A stretch of 64,000 nt of DNA from Phycisphaerae bacterium (GTDB lineage Bacteria; Planctomycetota; Phycisphaerae; UBA1845). A program made the position numbers and the translations under genes. The stretch covers positions 224,001 through 288,000 of the forward strand of contig CAXXGO010000003.1 of assembly GCA_963666835.2 (NCBI GenBank), given 5' to 3'. The notes below the pieces were generated by a model, which worked only from the letters and a program-made list of their open reading frames with translations, searched no databases and was not told the origin of the DNA. This document shows positions 48,412 to 58,327 of this stretch, in pieces; within the stretch, counting starts at the first letter, position 1, and every line of letters starts with the position of its first letter.

Positions 48412-51400
48412 TCAGTCCGCTCGTGTTCTGGTCACACGAGCCCGCTTCCGTGCGGGGGCTGGCCCGTCTTCCGCAGGAGGTGCGCCGGTTAGCAGCGCGG
48501 CTATGTCCTTATCGTCCACCATATTATCGCCGTTCAAATCGGCCTTCCCGGCTCCACCTAACCCTAGTCGCCGGAGTTCCTTTACGGAGATCGCGCGGCG
48601 CGGTCCGTCCGGGGCGCCGCCGCGGAGCGGCTGCTCCGGATCACAGACGGGATCGGCCCCGCAGCAGTTGGGCTCGCTCCAGTGGAGGAAGTTCACCGAA
48701 ATGAAAGAGAAATCGAGAATGTCCACAGCGCCGTCGCCGTTGATGTCGGCATCGTAGTCAAGCGGGTTTGCGGTCGGACAGAAAGTGTCCGCAACTACCT
48801 CGTTTCCCCATTGCCCAACCAGAATACTGAAGTCGACGATGTCGATGTAGCAGTCATCATTGAGGTTGCCCCCGGGTAGCGCTGCGAAGGTCGCAGAGTG
48901 AACGCCGCCCTCGCTGAGAATGTCCGCGGTTGCCCGGAGGGTGTGCTGGCGATCCCGTACTGTGATGCAATTGTAGTCTGCCGTGGTTGCCGAGACTTCC
49001 ACGCTCGCCGCGGCCGTTGGCGCCTGACCACAGACGCCGTCAGGGCAATCTGCGTCACTGAGACAGGGATTACCGTCGGATCCTCCGCCGCTGCAGACCC
49101 CGGGGAAAGCGACGTCCATCTCGACGACCACCGAGTCGCCCGGCGCCGCGCAGTCGAAGAGTTCGAAGGTCATGCACCGGGTTACGGGAGTGTGGATGAC
49201 GCCGGCAAGCTCGAGGTCCACGAGAATGCGCAGTTCACTGACTGCAATATGCTGCGTGCAGGACGCGGTGTTCCCACAGTCGTCGACCAACGTCCATGTT
49301 AGGACCGTACTCCCGACCGGATAGCATCGCTCCCCGCATCCGTCGCCGTCATCGCTGACACAGGTCGGCGCACACGAATCGCAGCAGTTGTCCGCGTACG
49401 TCGGCATTCCCGGGTCGATTACGGCGCAAGGCGGGTCGCTACCGGCATCGGCGAGAACGGCAATGCCATCCGGACAAGTAATCTCCGGTGGCATGCCGTC
49501 CGTAACCGCCCCCGATGCCCACGGGGTCGTGCGGAGCACCGCGTTGCGCACGTCGCCCCATTGGCCGGCAGCCGCCCCGCCGCCAAAGGACGGATAATCG
49601 GGATCAGGTCCGGCACCGACTCCGACGAAGTCCGCCCGAGCCGTCAAATGAAGGACGGGCCCATCCGAGATCGGGGCAACCGCCTCGGCGTCGGTCCATG
49701 ATGCACCCCAATCCACGCTTCCGCCGGCGTAAACGTGGTGCGTGACGTGTTCGTATCTTGTCAGCTCCGCGGTGACCGACCCGGTCTCACCCCACAGGGC
49801 GCTGTCTGCGGTGAGAGTCCCGCCGACGTAGTTGGTGAAGTACACCCTCTGACCGTTACCATCGCCGTCGATTGTGTCGTCGATCAACACGGCTCCGCTG
49901 TCATCCAAGGTCGGACCGAGCAACTCCCACGCGGTCGCCAAGGCCGTCCCGTCCCAACTTGCGGCGTGTACGACGTTTCCGGGCTGGCCGGCCCCACCGC
50001 CCACATGGCTCTCGGACCAGCGTCCGTCCATTACATTGTTTTGTGAGCCACCTTCATTCCCGCAGCAGTCGGTCGCCAGAATGGTAACGGCGACGGTCGC
50101 CGCGCAATCGTCGAGGTTGTAGACGACCATGCTACCGGTGACTTCGACCAGGCCGTCGCCGGACTGGATCTTCTGAATGGTCGTCGGTTCGATCTGGGCG
50201 TTTCCACCGACGAGGATTACCTCAACGGTGACATCGTCGGCATCCAGGCAGCAGTCGTCCGTTACCATTGCTGAGAAGCTGACGGTCGCCGAACATTCTT
50301 CATCGACGGTCTCGTTACTGACCACCAGATCAACAACGTCCGGCGGTGTAGTATCGACAATCGTAATAACCTGGATGCACTCGGCCGGATTCCCGGCGGC
50401 ATCGGTGGCCGTCCAGGTGCGATTGATGACCGCGGTGTCTCCACAGCCCGTCGATTCCACTACGTCGGCAAAGGCCACATCCAAAGTGTCATCGCAGTTG
50501 TCGGTAACGGTCGGCTCACCGGTCTGCACGGGATCAATTCCATTCCCGCATTCGACGGTTGCGTCGGCCGGACACGAGATCTCCGGAGAAGCATCGTCAA
50601 AGACCTCGACAATCTGCGTGCAGACCTCCGTATTGCCGGAGGCGTCCGTGGCCGTCCACGTTAGCGTAGTCGTTCCCACCGGATAGGGATCCGGGTTTTC
50701 CGGGTCGTAACATGCCAGTCCGTCACTACGCGCACAGGTGGTCTCGCAATCGGGGCAGTTGTCGTCACATGTTGCCGATCCGGGGTCGACCAGCGCGGCA
50801 CACGTACCTTCAGCCGTCGGAGTGGGAGGCGGGTTGGGCGGGCAGTCGATCGAAGGCGCGGTGTTGTCATGCACCGTTACCGTAATCGGGGCGCACTCCG
50901 TCGTATTCCCGGTCCCACGGCACACGCCGTCGTCCGGGCAATCTGCGTCCGTCTCACATGGCTGGCCTCCCTGTGATCCGCCGTCGCAGACGGCGTCCGA
51001 TGCGAACCAGACGATGGTAGTGACACCGACCGGATAGGGGTCGTCGAAGCAGTCCAACCCATCGTCCCTGGCGCAGCCGATACCGCACGGGCAGTTGTCA
51101 TCGCATTGCAGAAACGCGCTAATCGCCACCGGTTCGCTACACTGATCCGGCTTCGCCACGGCCTCATACGAGAACACGGGGCAGCCGGTGAGGGTCGGCG
51201 ATTGGTCATCGATGACGGTTACGGTCTGCCGGCAGGATGACGAGGGATTACCTGAAGAGTCTCTTGCAATCCATGTCAGCGTAGTCGTTCCCACTGGGTA
51301 GGCGTCCAGGAAGCAGTTCTCGTGGTCATCTCGCCGGCAACTGACAGTGCAAGCTCCGCAGTTGTCGGTACAGGTGGCCAGTCCCGGGTCAATCGTCAGA

Positions 51401-52530
51401 AGGCACTCCTCCGACGCGTATTCGATTATGTCGCTCGGGCACACTACGTTTGGCAGTTCCCGGTCAACAACCGTCACGCCGAACGTACACGTGTTGGAGT
51501 TGTCGCAATCATCAACCGCGGTGCAGATAATCGGGGTGTAGCCGATGTCGAAGGTCGATCCGCTGGGCGGGTCACACGTAACTGAGACGTCGGCCGAGCA
51601 GTTGTCCGTTGCCGTGGGGTCTTCCCACGTTGCCACGGCCGTGCATGAATCCGCAACGGTGTCGAGTGTGATCTCGTCCGGACACGGCGTATCAAACGTC
51701 GGTGCTGTAGAATCCACGACGGTGATTGTCTGCGAACATGTCGCTGAGTTTCCGCAAGCATCAACCGCCGTCCAGGTCCGGACGATGAAACTCTCGTTGG
51801 GGCAATCTCCGGCTGTCGTCTCTTCGTTGAATGCGACCACAGGTTCGGGATCGCAGGTGTCGGTTGCGGTTACGTCAGGCGCATCCGGAACGTCCTCATC
51901 GCACTCTATGGTGAGATCCTCCGGGCAGTTGACGAAAGCGGGCGGATTGTTGTCGATGGAGACACCGGCAACGTCGTCATCGTCGAATGCGACGGTCAAG
52001 ACCTGTCCGCCTGGTCCTGACAACTGCGTGGGAGGAGCGTGTGCCAGGTCGAATTGCATCCATGCCGCGCAATCCTCGACGCCGCCGGCCGTCATCGTAA
52101 TCGTAGCAACGGTCACCACGCCCTGGACCGGTTCGTACAGGCCCACGGCGTATTGAATCGTCCCGCCAACGTTGTCGCTGTTTTCGATAATCTCGATCCA
52201 GTCTTCACCGGGCTCGATCGCGGTAACCTGCCAGGCTGCAGCGTCGAAGTCCATGAAGAACTGAGCTCCGACAAGATCGGTGCTCACCTCCGCCGTGATA
52301 GTGAGTATGGCGGTCTCTCCGGGCGCGTAGCACTGCGAATCTGCGGTCAAAGTGACCGTATCCTCAACCACGGCGATTCGACCTTGCGGAACCGGTGAGA
52401 CGGTCGCGCTTCCGGCGGAGATCGTTCCGGCAGCCGGCTGCGGGGGGCTGCCATCGGTATAGCCGCCGTGGACTGCGGCAATGCCGGCGATTCCGATTGC
52501 GAATACGATTAGCAAACAACTGAGTTTCAT
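48412..52530 (-). CDS. Large secreted protein: cohesin-like domain, multiple HYR-like Ig repeats, C-terminal dockerin-like domain
   Basis: AGGAGGAG RBS; signal peptide; GAQFFMDFD; repeats P.I.CP.D..ATDNC..YPVG.T.LTWTA.D.SGN...C.Q.V.V.D; GNLNDDCYIDIVDF, ADINGDGAVDILDF, ADLNGDNMVDDKD. Confidence 0.85.
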   Translation of the reverse strand: MKLSCLLIVFAIGIAGIAAVHGGYTDGSPPQPAAGTISAGSATVSPVPQGRIAVVEDTVTLTADSQCYAPGETAILTITAEVSTDLVGAQFFMDFDAAAWQVTAIEPGEDWIEIIENSDNVGGTIQYAVGLYEPVQGVVTVATITMTAGGVEDCAAWMQFDLAHAPPTQLSGPGGQVLTVAFDDDDVAGVSIDNNPPAFVNCPEDLTIECDEDVPDAPDVTATDTCDPEPVVAFNEETTAGDCPNESFIVRTWTAVDACGNSATCSQTITVVDSTAPTFDTPCPDEITLDTVADSCTAVATWEDPTATDNCSADVSVTCDPPSGSTFDIGYTPIICTAVDDCDNSNTCTFGVTVVDRELPNVVCPSDIIEYASEECLLTIDPGLATCTDNCGACTVSCRRDDHENCFLDAYPVGTTTLTWIARDSSGNPSSSCRQTVTVIDDQSPTLTGCPVFSYEAVAKPDQCSEPVAISAFLQCDDNCPCGIGCARDDGLDCFDDPYPVGVTTIVWFASDAVCDGGSQGGQPCETDADCPDDGVCRGTGNTTECAPITVTVHDNTAPSIDCPPNPPPTPTAEGTCAALVDPGSATCDDNCPDCETTCARSDGLACYDPENPDPYPVGTTTLTWTATDASGNTEVCTQIVEVFDDASPEISCPADATVECGNGIDPVQTGEPTVTDNCDDTLDVAFADVVESTGCGDTAVINRTWTATDAAGNPAECIQVITIVDTTPPDVVDLVVSNETVDEECSATVSFSAMVTDDCCLDADDVTVEVILVGGNAQIEPTTIQKIQSGDGLVEVTGSMVVYNLDDCAATVAVTILATDCCGNEGGSQNNVMDGRWSESHVGGGAGQPGNVVHAASWDGTALATAWELLGPTLDDSGAVLIDDTIDGDGNGQRVYFTNYVGGTLTADSALWGETGSVTAELTRYEHVTHHVYAGGSVDWGASWTDAEAVAPISDGPVLHLTARADFVGVGAGPDPDYPSFGGGAAAGQWGDVRNAVLRTTPWASGAVTDGMPPEITCPDGIAVLADAGSDPPCAVIDPGMPTYADNCCDSCAPTCVSDDGDGCGERCYPVGSTVLTWTLVDDCGNTASCTQHIAVSELRILVDLELAGVIHTPVTRCMTFELFDCAAPGDSVVVEMDVAFPGVCSGGGSDGNPCLSDADCPDGVCGQAPTAAASVEVSATTADYNCITVRDRQHTLRATADILSEGGVHSATFAALPGGNLNDDCYIDIVDFSILVGQWGNEVVADTFCPTANPLDYDADINGDGAVDILDFSFISVNFLHWSEPNCCGADPVCDPEQPLRGGAPDGPRRAISVKELRRLGLGGAGKADLNGDNMVDDKDIAALLTGAPPAEDGPAPARKRARVTRTRAD

Positions 52531-53555
52531 GTCCTGACTCCTCCTGGAAAACTTGGCTACCTGATGGAACGTCAATCCACGGTGTTCGCACCGGGAAATG
52601 GTCGGTAGTTCGGTGAAAAAGGGGGTGGCGCCGAGTCGATGCCCATCCGCGCCACTACGGGCTGTTTCTATGCCCGCCCGCACCCTTTCAGACTGAACTG
52701 CCGGCCGATCAGTGTTCTCGCACGACGCCGTCCGGCACCGTGCTTTGTCGAGTGGACGGTAGAGATGGGCCGCGAGATTTCGGTGGCAGCTTGTAGGCAC
52801 CATCCAACCATACTGGTTGGTCTAGCTTGATGCCTGCCATCCTCGTGGCGTAGAATATGCACACGGCAGGCCGTGCTTCGTGTACGCGCCTGTCCGCGAA
52901 CCGGAGGCGGGCTGGAGAAACCTTGCCCGGGAAACCCAGCCCGTCTCCTCTCTATGTTCCCGTCTTCCCGTTGGACGATCCGATAATTTCTCCTTCCCGC
53001 GTGCCTCGCTATGCAGCGGCGCTAACCGCCGGTGCTGAAAGACAGGGCGTCGCTCTCGCGAGACCCGCAAACCGATGCGCGATCCGCCGGGTACGACCTG
53101 GGCACGCCCCACATGTGAAACCCGAGACTCTCGAGCACACTCGCAAAACATCCAAACGAAAGCAGACCACATCCAACCCATTGAGTTGAAAACCGATAAA
53201 ATACGCTAAACTTGCGAGGGTGTCAAGTGGAATCGCAAACGTGAGTGTCGGCTGGAGTTATGGCGGGGGAATCGGCACTCTGTGTCCAAGTCGGACACTT
53301 GTCCTACTCGTTCATCCCATCCGGTCTCCCCGGTTCGGCTGGCCAACAGCCGCATTCCCGTCCCATAAGCGTGTTTTCCCGGGGGTTGCCCAGGACGATG
53401 TTGCCGATGCGTCGGTCGCGTCCTGAGGGGACCCGATCGGTGGCGAGCGGGTATTTTCCGTGGTCATCGATGCCGGGTGGGGACGATATCACCTCTAACT
53501 AGGCTTGTGATCCCGTCCTGGTCGTTGTTTAGACCATCATTGCCAGGGAGGTCGA

Positions 53556-54062
53556 ATGATGCAAAGGGAATCGCGGGGAGGTCTGGTCGGCAAGGCCAGA
53601 AAAACACATCGGCGCTCGCGCGCCGCCCGAGCGCATGCTCAACAGCTTATCGAGGATTATCTTGCTCCGAAGGCCGACCCGGAGGATGCGTACCTCAATC
53701 GGAAAATCCCGATAGGGCATAGCTATGAGTTCGCCCCATCGGTGATTCCGGAGAACGAGGAAATCGACAGCCGCTGCATCGGCGATGTTGCTGCCGAGGT
53801 ATGCACTGTCGGTGTCACGGCCGACATGCTTGAATCCCCGGGCGTGTGCCTCGTGAAGCCGGGTAATGGCCCCGTTGTCCGACCGAAGGCGGATAAGGCG
53901 CTGGTTCGCGGGGTGCTTGACGTGGGCGGTCCGCCCGCCCGGCGCCTGAGGAAGGAGCGGACGATCGCCGGATTCACATTCCGGGGGTTCTTGTGCGGTT
54001 GTGCGGTGGGGGCTGCCGTTGCCGCATTGGCTCTGCTGATCTTTCAGTTGACCCTCGGTTAG
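53556..54062 (+). CDS. Hypothetical tail-anchored membrane protein
   Basis: GGGAGG RBS; single C-terminal TM helix. Confidence 0.65.
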   Translation: MMQRESRGGLVGKARKTHRRSRAARAHAQQLIEDYLAPKADPEDAYLNRKIPIGHSYEFAPSVIPENEEIDSRCIGDVAAEVCTVGVTADMLESPGVCLVKPGNGPVVRPKADKALVRGVLDVGGPPARRLRKERTIAGFTFRGFLCGCAVGAAVAALALLIFQLTLG

Positions 54063-54069
54063 GGTCTTG

Positions 54070-55164
54070 TCAAAGCTGTTTGAGCCGCTGTTCCTTGTCG
54101 TGGGTCTGTAGCGCTTCGATGAGGCCGTCGAGGTCTCCCTGGATGATCTTGTCCAGGCTGTACAGATCGACGTTGACGCGATGATCCGTCACGCGGTTCT
54201 GCGGGAAGTTATACGTTCGGATCCGCTGCGACCGGTCTCCACTGCCGATCATGGTCTTGCGGGCGCTGTCCCTTTCGGCAACGCTGGCGTGCTGGAAATG
54301 GTCATAGAGCCTGGTGAGCATGATCCGGCGGGCCTTGGCCCGGTTCTTGTGCTGGCTCTTCTCGTCGCGCATCGACACGGTGATCCCGGTTTCTTTGTGG
54401 GAGAGCCGGATCGCTGATGACACTTTGTTGACATTCTGCCCGCCGGGTCCGCCGGCGCGGGATACGAATTCCTCGACATCCGTATCCCAGTTGATTTCTA
54501 TGTTGATTTCCTCCGGCTCGGGCAGCACGGCCACCGTGGCGGCGGAGGTGTGGATTCGGCCCTGAGCCTCGGTTTCCGGGACCCGCTGGACGCGGTGTCC
54601 ACCGCCTTCGTAACCCAGCCAGCGGTAGACTTCCGGCCCCTTCACGTTGATGACGACTTCCTTGAACCCCCCGAGGTCGGAACCGTTTTGATCGAGAACC
54701 TCAACGGTGAACCGCTTCTTCTCGCAGAAGTGCATGTACATCCGGTAGAGGTCCCGGGCGAAGAGGGCGGCCTCATCACCGCCGGTCCCCGCGCGAATCT
54801 CGAGAATGACCGAGCTGATGGCGGCATCGTCGTCGGTGACGATTGCCTCCTTGAGCGATTCGAGCAGCCCGTCCCGACGGTCTCTAAGTGGGGCGACCTC
54901 GGCATCGGCGAGTTCCCGGAGTTCCGGATCCTGGGTCCTGTCCGCGGAAATCTCCTGCGCCTCGTTCAACTCCGTTTCGACCTTGCGGAATTCCCGAAAG
55001 GGGTCGACCAAACGACGCAAACGGCCGAGTTCCTTCGTGATCTCGATGGACTTGGTTGGGTTAGAAGCCACGCCCGGATCGGCCAGCTCCTCGTTGAGCG
55101 CGGCGGACCGATCGGCCAGCTCCTGCAGCTTGGCTATGAGCCGCTTGTCGACTTCGCTGGTCAT
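54070..55164 (-). CDS. prfA: Peptide chain release factor 1
   Basis: GTGGDEAALFA, HRVQRVPET (PxT, RF1-specific), GGQ, SGDRSQRIRTYNFPQNRVTDHR. Confidence 0.97.
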   Translation of the reverse strand: MTSEVDKRLIAKLQELADRSAALNEELADPGVASNPTKSIEITKELGRLRRLVDPFREFRKVETELNEAQEISADRTQDPELRELADAEVAPLRDRRDGLLESLKEAIVTDDDAAISSVILEIRAGTGGDEAALFARDLYRMYMHFCEKKRFTVEVLDQNGSDLGGFKEVVINVKGPEVYRWLGYEGGGHRVQRVPETEAQGRIHTSAATVAVLPEPEEINIEINWDTDVEEFVSRAGGPGGQNVNKVSSAIRLSHKETGITVSMRDEKSQHKNRAKARRIMLTRLYDHFQHASVAERDSARKTMIGSGDRSQRIRTYNFPQNRVTDHRVNVDLYSLDKIIQGDLDGLIEALQTHDKEQRLKQL

Positions 55165-55180
55165 GAGATTGTCCCATCGC

Positions 55181-55225
55181 AAAAAAACCACGCGCGGCGT
55201 CGCCCGGCGACAATCGCGCGTGGTT
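55181..55225 (-). terminator. Intrinsic terminator-like hairpin between rpmE and prfA
   Basis: Minus strand AACCACGCGCG...CGCGCGTGGTT followed by a T run. Confidence 0.65.
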
Positions 55226-55248
55226 CTCGTTTCTTACCAGCTTGGCAG

Positions 55249-55497
55249 CTAACCGCGCCGCCGCTTGACGGGTTTCTTCTTGGCCTGGCCGGAGAAATAG
55301 TCCTGGCCGAATTTCTTGGTGAACCGATCGACGCGCCCGAGCGAGTCGACCATCTTCTGCGTTCCGGTGAAAAACGGGTGGCAAGACGAGCAGATCTCGA
55401 TCTTGATCTCAGGCACCGTGCTGCGGGTTTCCCAAGAAGCGCCGCAACCACACCGGACTTTGCAATCCATATATTCGGGGTGAATACCTTCCTTCAT
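55249..55497 (-). CDS. rpmE: 50S ribosomal protein L31 (Zn-binding, C+ type)
   Basis: [33 protein letters not shown]. Confidence 0.98.
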   Translation of the reverse strand: MKEGIHPEYMDCKVRCGCGASWETRSTVPEIKIEICSSCHPFFTGTQKMVDSLGRVDRFTKKFGQDYFSGQAKKKPVKRRRG

Positions 55498-55616
55498 CGT
55501 AACCCTACCTCAAACCTACTTCCGGGAGAATCTACCGAGCCGGGCATTCTAGCGGCCCCCGGGACCGGGATCAACCCCATCCGCGGACCTATAACAAGAG
55601 TGCCCGGGCGTATTCC

Positions 55617-57527
55617 TCAAGCCGCGCCGCTGGCCGGGCGGCTCCGCCACCAGCAAAGCGAGAGCAGGGCGAACAGCAGATCAGCATGCTCCCCGCGACG
55701 CTCAACGTGCTCACAATAAACCTCGCTAATACCATCGTACGACATAATCCCGCATGATGCCACCGTATCGCGCGTTACCGTATCTTGGAACAACTCCCGC
55801 AGAGGCCCTCGGAAGAACTCCCCGATCGGGACTTCGAATCCCTGTTTCGCACGGTCCAGCACCGGGTCCGGTAGCACCCCGCGGTAGGCGTCCACGAGCA
55901 CCTTCTTGCGAATTCCACGGTCGATTTTGAAAACCGTGGGCAACGACAGACCAAGCTCGACCACGTTTGGGTCCAGGAACGGGACCCTGACCTCCAGCGA
56001 GTTCATCATGCTGGCGAGGTCGACCTTCTGGAGCATGTCCGCCGGAAGCTGGTATTGAAGATCAAACGCCAAAATGCCGGCCAGCGGGTCCTCGTCGGCA
56101 AACCCGGCAATAAGCCCCTGGGCGTTTTCGAGCGCGCGGCGGTCCCCGGCTTGCGGGGTGCTCGGATCCCGAAAGACACTCTCGGCCTCCGGAGAGAGGA
56201 TACGCGACCATGCAAGGTGCCTGGGTAACTCCGACGCAGCCCCGGCCCGTAGCAACTTCCGAAGCTGTCGAACGCGGTCGGCTGTCCGAGAGGACTTCGA
56301 TGAGCTCATCATGTTCATCGCCGGCTCGATCAAGAACCGGCGAAGGAACTGCGGGATCCTCTCGTAGGCTTGAAGAGAACGGTGGCCGAGGTACCGCCAG
56401 TATCCGCCGAACAACTCATCACCCCCGTCACCGCTCAGCGCCACGGTTACAGACTGGCGAGCGAACCGGGAGACGAGGGCGGTAGGGATGATCGACGCGT
56501 CCCCGACGGGCTCGCCCAAATGATCGAGGATCCCGGGGATCGACTCCAGGACGTCGCCCTCGGTTAAGATGAGCTCTTCGTGGTCGGTCCCGAATCGATC
56601 GGCCACCAGCCGGGCGTATGCGGTCTCATCGTAGTTCTGCTGATCGGCGTACCCGACCGAAAACGTCTTGATCGGTCGTCCGACAGCCTCGGCCAGGTGG
56701 GCGACGATGATCGAGGAGTCGAGTCCGCCGGAAAGGAAAGCGCCGACGGGAACATCGGACACGCGCCGGGCAACTACGGCGTCCGCCAAGGTCCGGCGGA
56801 GGGCTTGCACCGCTTCCGGGTATGCTCGATTGCGGTCGATCTGAGCCGCGGCAATCGGATTGAAGTACCGGGAAGGCTGTCGGGAAGCGGAGCTGTTGAA
56901 TTCGAGATAATGCCCGGGTGCTAAGCGCCGGGCCGCACGAAAAATCGTCGCGGGTTGAGCAATGTACCCGAACTGCAGATGCTGCGTCACGGCGTCCGGG
57001 TCGAGCTGCGAATCCGTCATGCCGAGAGCGATCAACGGGCGTAGCTCGCTGGCGAATCGTAGCTTTTCACCGTTGATGCTGTAGAACAACGGCTTGATAC
57101 CGAAGCGATCTCTACAAAGGAACCCCCGCTGTTCCTGGGAGTCGTAAAACGCCAGGGACCACATACCATTAAAGCGGGTGAAAGCCTCAGTTCCCCAGCG
57201 AATACAGGACGCCAGAACCACTTCCGTATCGCTGTCGGTGGCGAACTGCTCGCCGTGGGCGGCGAGCTGCCGGCGCAGGCTGCGATAGTTGTATACCTCG
57301 CCGTTGAAGACGAGATGGTATCTCCCATCCGCCCGGTGCATCGGCTGATTGCCGGCGGGCGTGGGATCCAACACCGCTAGGCGGACGGCCCCCAATCCTG
57401 CGAAGCTGTCAATCCAGGTGCCGGCTTGGTCCGGGCCTCGGTGGCGCATCACTGCGCACGCCTTGTCCAACGCCGGGGCATCGACGGGGCATCCGTCGAA
57501 CGAGACGATACCGCAGATTCCGCACAT
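55617..57527 (-). CDS. asnB: Asparagine synthase (glutamine-hydrolysing) family amidotransferase
   Basis: MCGICG, HRGPD, FNGEVYN, RDRFGIKPL, LSGGLDSS, SGDGGDELFGGY, EVRVPFLD. Confidence 0.93.
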   Translation of the reverse strand: MCGICGIVSFDGCPVDAPALDKACAVMRHRGPDQAGTWIDSFAGLGAVRLAVLDPTPAGNQPMHRADGRYHLVFNGEVYNYRSLRRQLAAHGEQFATDSDTEVVLASCIRWGTEAFTRFNGMWSLAFYDSQEQRGFLCRDRFGIKPLFYSINGEKLRFASELRPLIALGMTDSQLDPDAVTQHLQFGYIAQPATIFRAARRLAPGHYLEFNSSASRQPSRYFNPIAAAQIDRNRAYPEAVQALRRTLADAVVARRVSDVPVGAFLSGGLDSSIIVAHLAEAVGRPIKTFSVGYADQQNYDETAYARLVADRFGTDHEELILTEGDVLESIPGILDHLGEPVGDASIIPTALVSRFARQSVTVALSGDGGDELFGGYWRYLGHRSLQAYERIPQFLRRFLIEPAMNMMSSSKSSRTADRVRQLRKLLRAGAASELPRHLAWSRILSPEAESVFRDPSTPQAGDRRALENAQGLIAGFADEDPLAGILAFDLQYQLPADMLQKVDLASMMNSLEVRVPFLDPNVVELGLSLPTVFKIDRGIRKKVLVDAYRGVLPDPVLDRAKQGFEVPIGEFFRGPLRELFQDTVTRDTVASCGIMSYDGISEVYCEHVERRGEHADLLFALLSLCWWRSRPASGAA

Positions 57528-57536
57528 GGTTGGGGG

Positions 57537-58247
57537 TCAGGGTGACTGCCGGGCTTCGCTTACCAATGGGGGCAGAGCCCCGCGCTGGGCCAGTTCGTCC
57601 ACAACCCAGGTAATGCCCGGGTCGCAGCGATAGGCTTGTCGCAGGTGGTACACGGCCGCCGGTTCGTTGTCGTAGTCCAGAAGGAACTTCGCGAAGGCCG
57701 CATGGGCCTTGGCGTTGTTGGGCTCGACGGCAACCGCCTGGCGATAACGCAGGAGAGCGGCATCCTCATCCCCGCGTTCTTGCAGCTCTCGGGCGAGCAA
57801 CATGAACTGTCTGGCCGACGGCCCAACAAAACGCGCCGCCCACTCCGCGTGTTCGAGGGCTTCGTCGTACTGCCCTTTAAGTTTCAAGGCGATCTGTTTG
57901 CCCTCCAGAGACGCCTGATGCCCGGGGTGAGCGTCGATCGCCCGTGAATAATACGCGATGGCCGCGTCAAGTTCGCGCATGGCGGCCGCGTGGTTCATCT
58001 GCGCAAACTTTTCCTGAGCCAGGAGCACACTACAGGCGCCGAGGTCGTGCAGGTTCTCGACCCGGCGCGGTCTGATCTGTTCCGCTTCAAGGAAAAGCAC
58101 GCGCGCCGCACCGTAGGCGCCGTCCAATTGCGCCGCTTGCCCCTGAATCCGCAGGCTGCGATAATCGGGTCCGCAGCCGCCAAGAGGCAATATCGCAGAT
58201 GCGATCGTGAGGATTCCCAGGCTGGATTTCAAAATAAGGTCGTTCAT
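57537..58247 (-). CDS. TPR-repeat lipoprotein
   Basis: GGAGGAG RBS; lipobox LGGC; TPR-like helices. Confidence 0.8.
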   Translation of the reverse strand: MNDLILKSSLGILTIASAILPLGGCGPDYRSLRIQGQAAQLDGAYGAARVLFLEAEQIRPRRVENLHDLGACSVLLAQEKFAQMNHAAAMRELDAAIAYYSRAIDAHPGHQASLEGKQIALKLKGQYDEALEHAEWAARFVGPSARQFMLLARELQERGDEDAALLRYRQAVAVEPNNAKAHAAFAKFLLDYDNEPAAVYHLRQAYRCDPGITWVVDELAQRGALPPLVSEARQSP

Positions 58248-58327
58248 TGTCTTCTCCTCCAACACCCGCGCGCCACGGCGTCAGCCCGAGGCTACCGGTT
58301 TGAGGGGATATCGCTGACGAGTTACCG

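Noticed and set aside
55617..57527. Lasso-peptide cyclase cluster
   Set aside because: Intact N-terminal Cys glutaminase domain; no B1/B2 proteins or precursor nearby.
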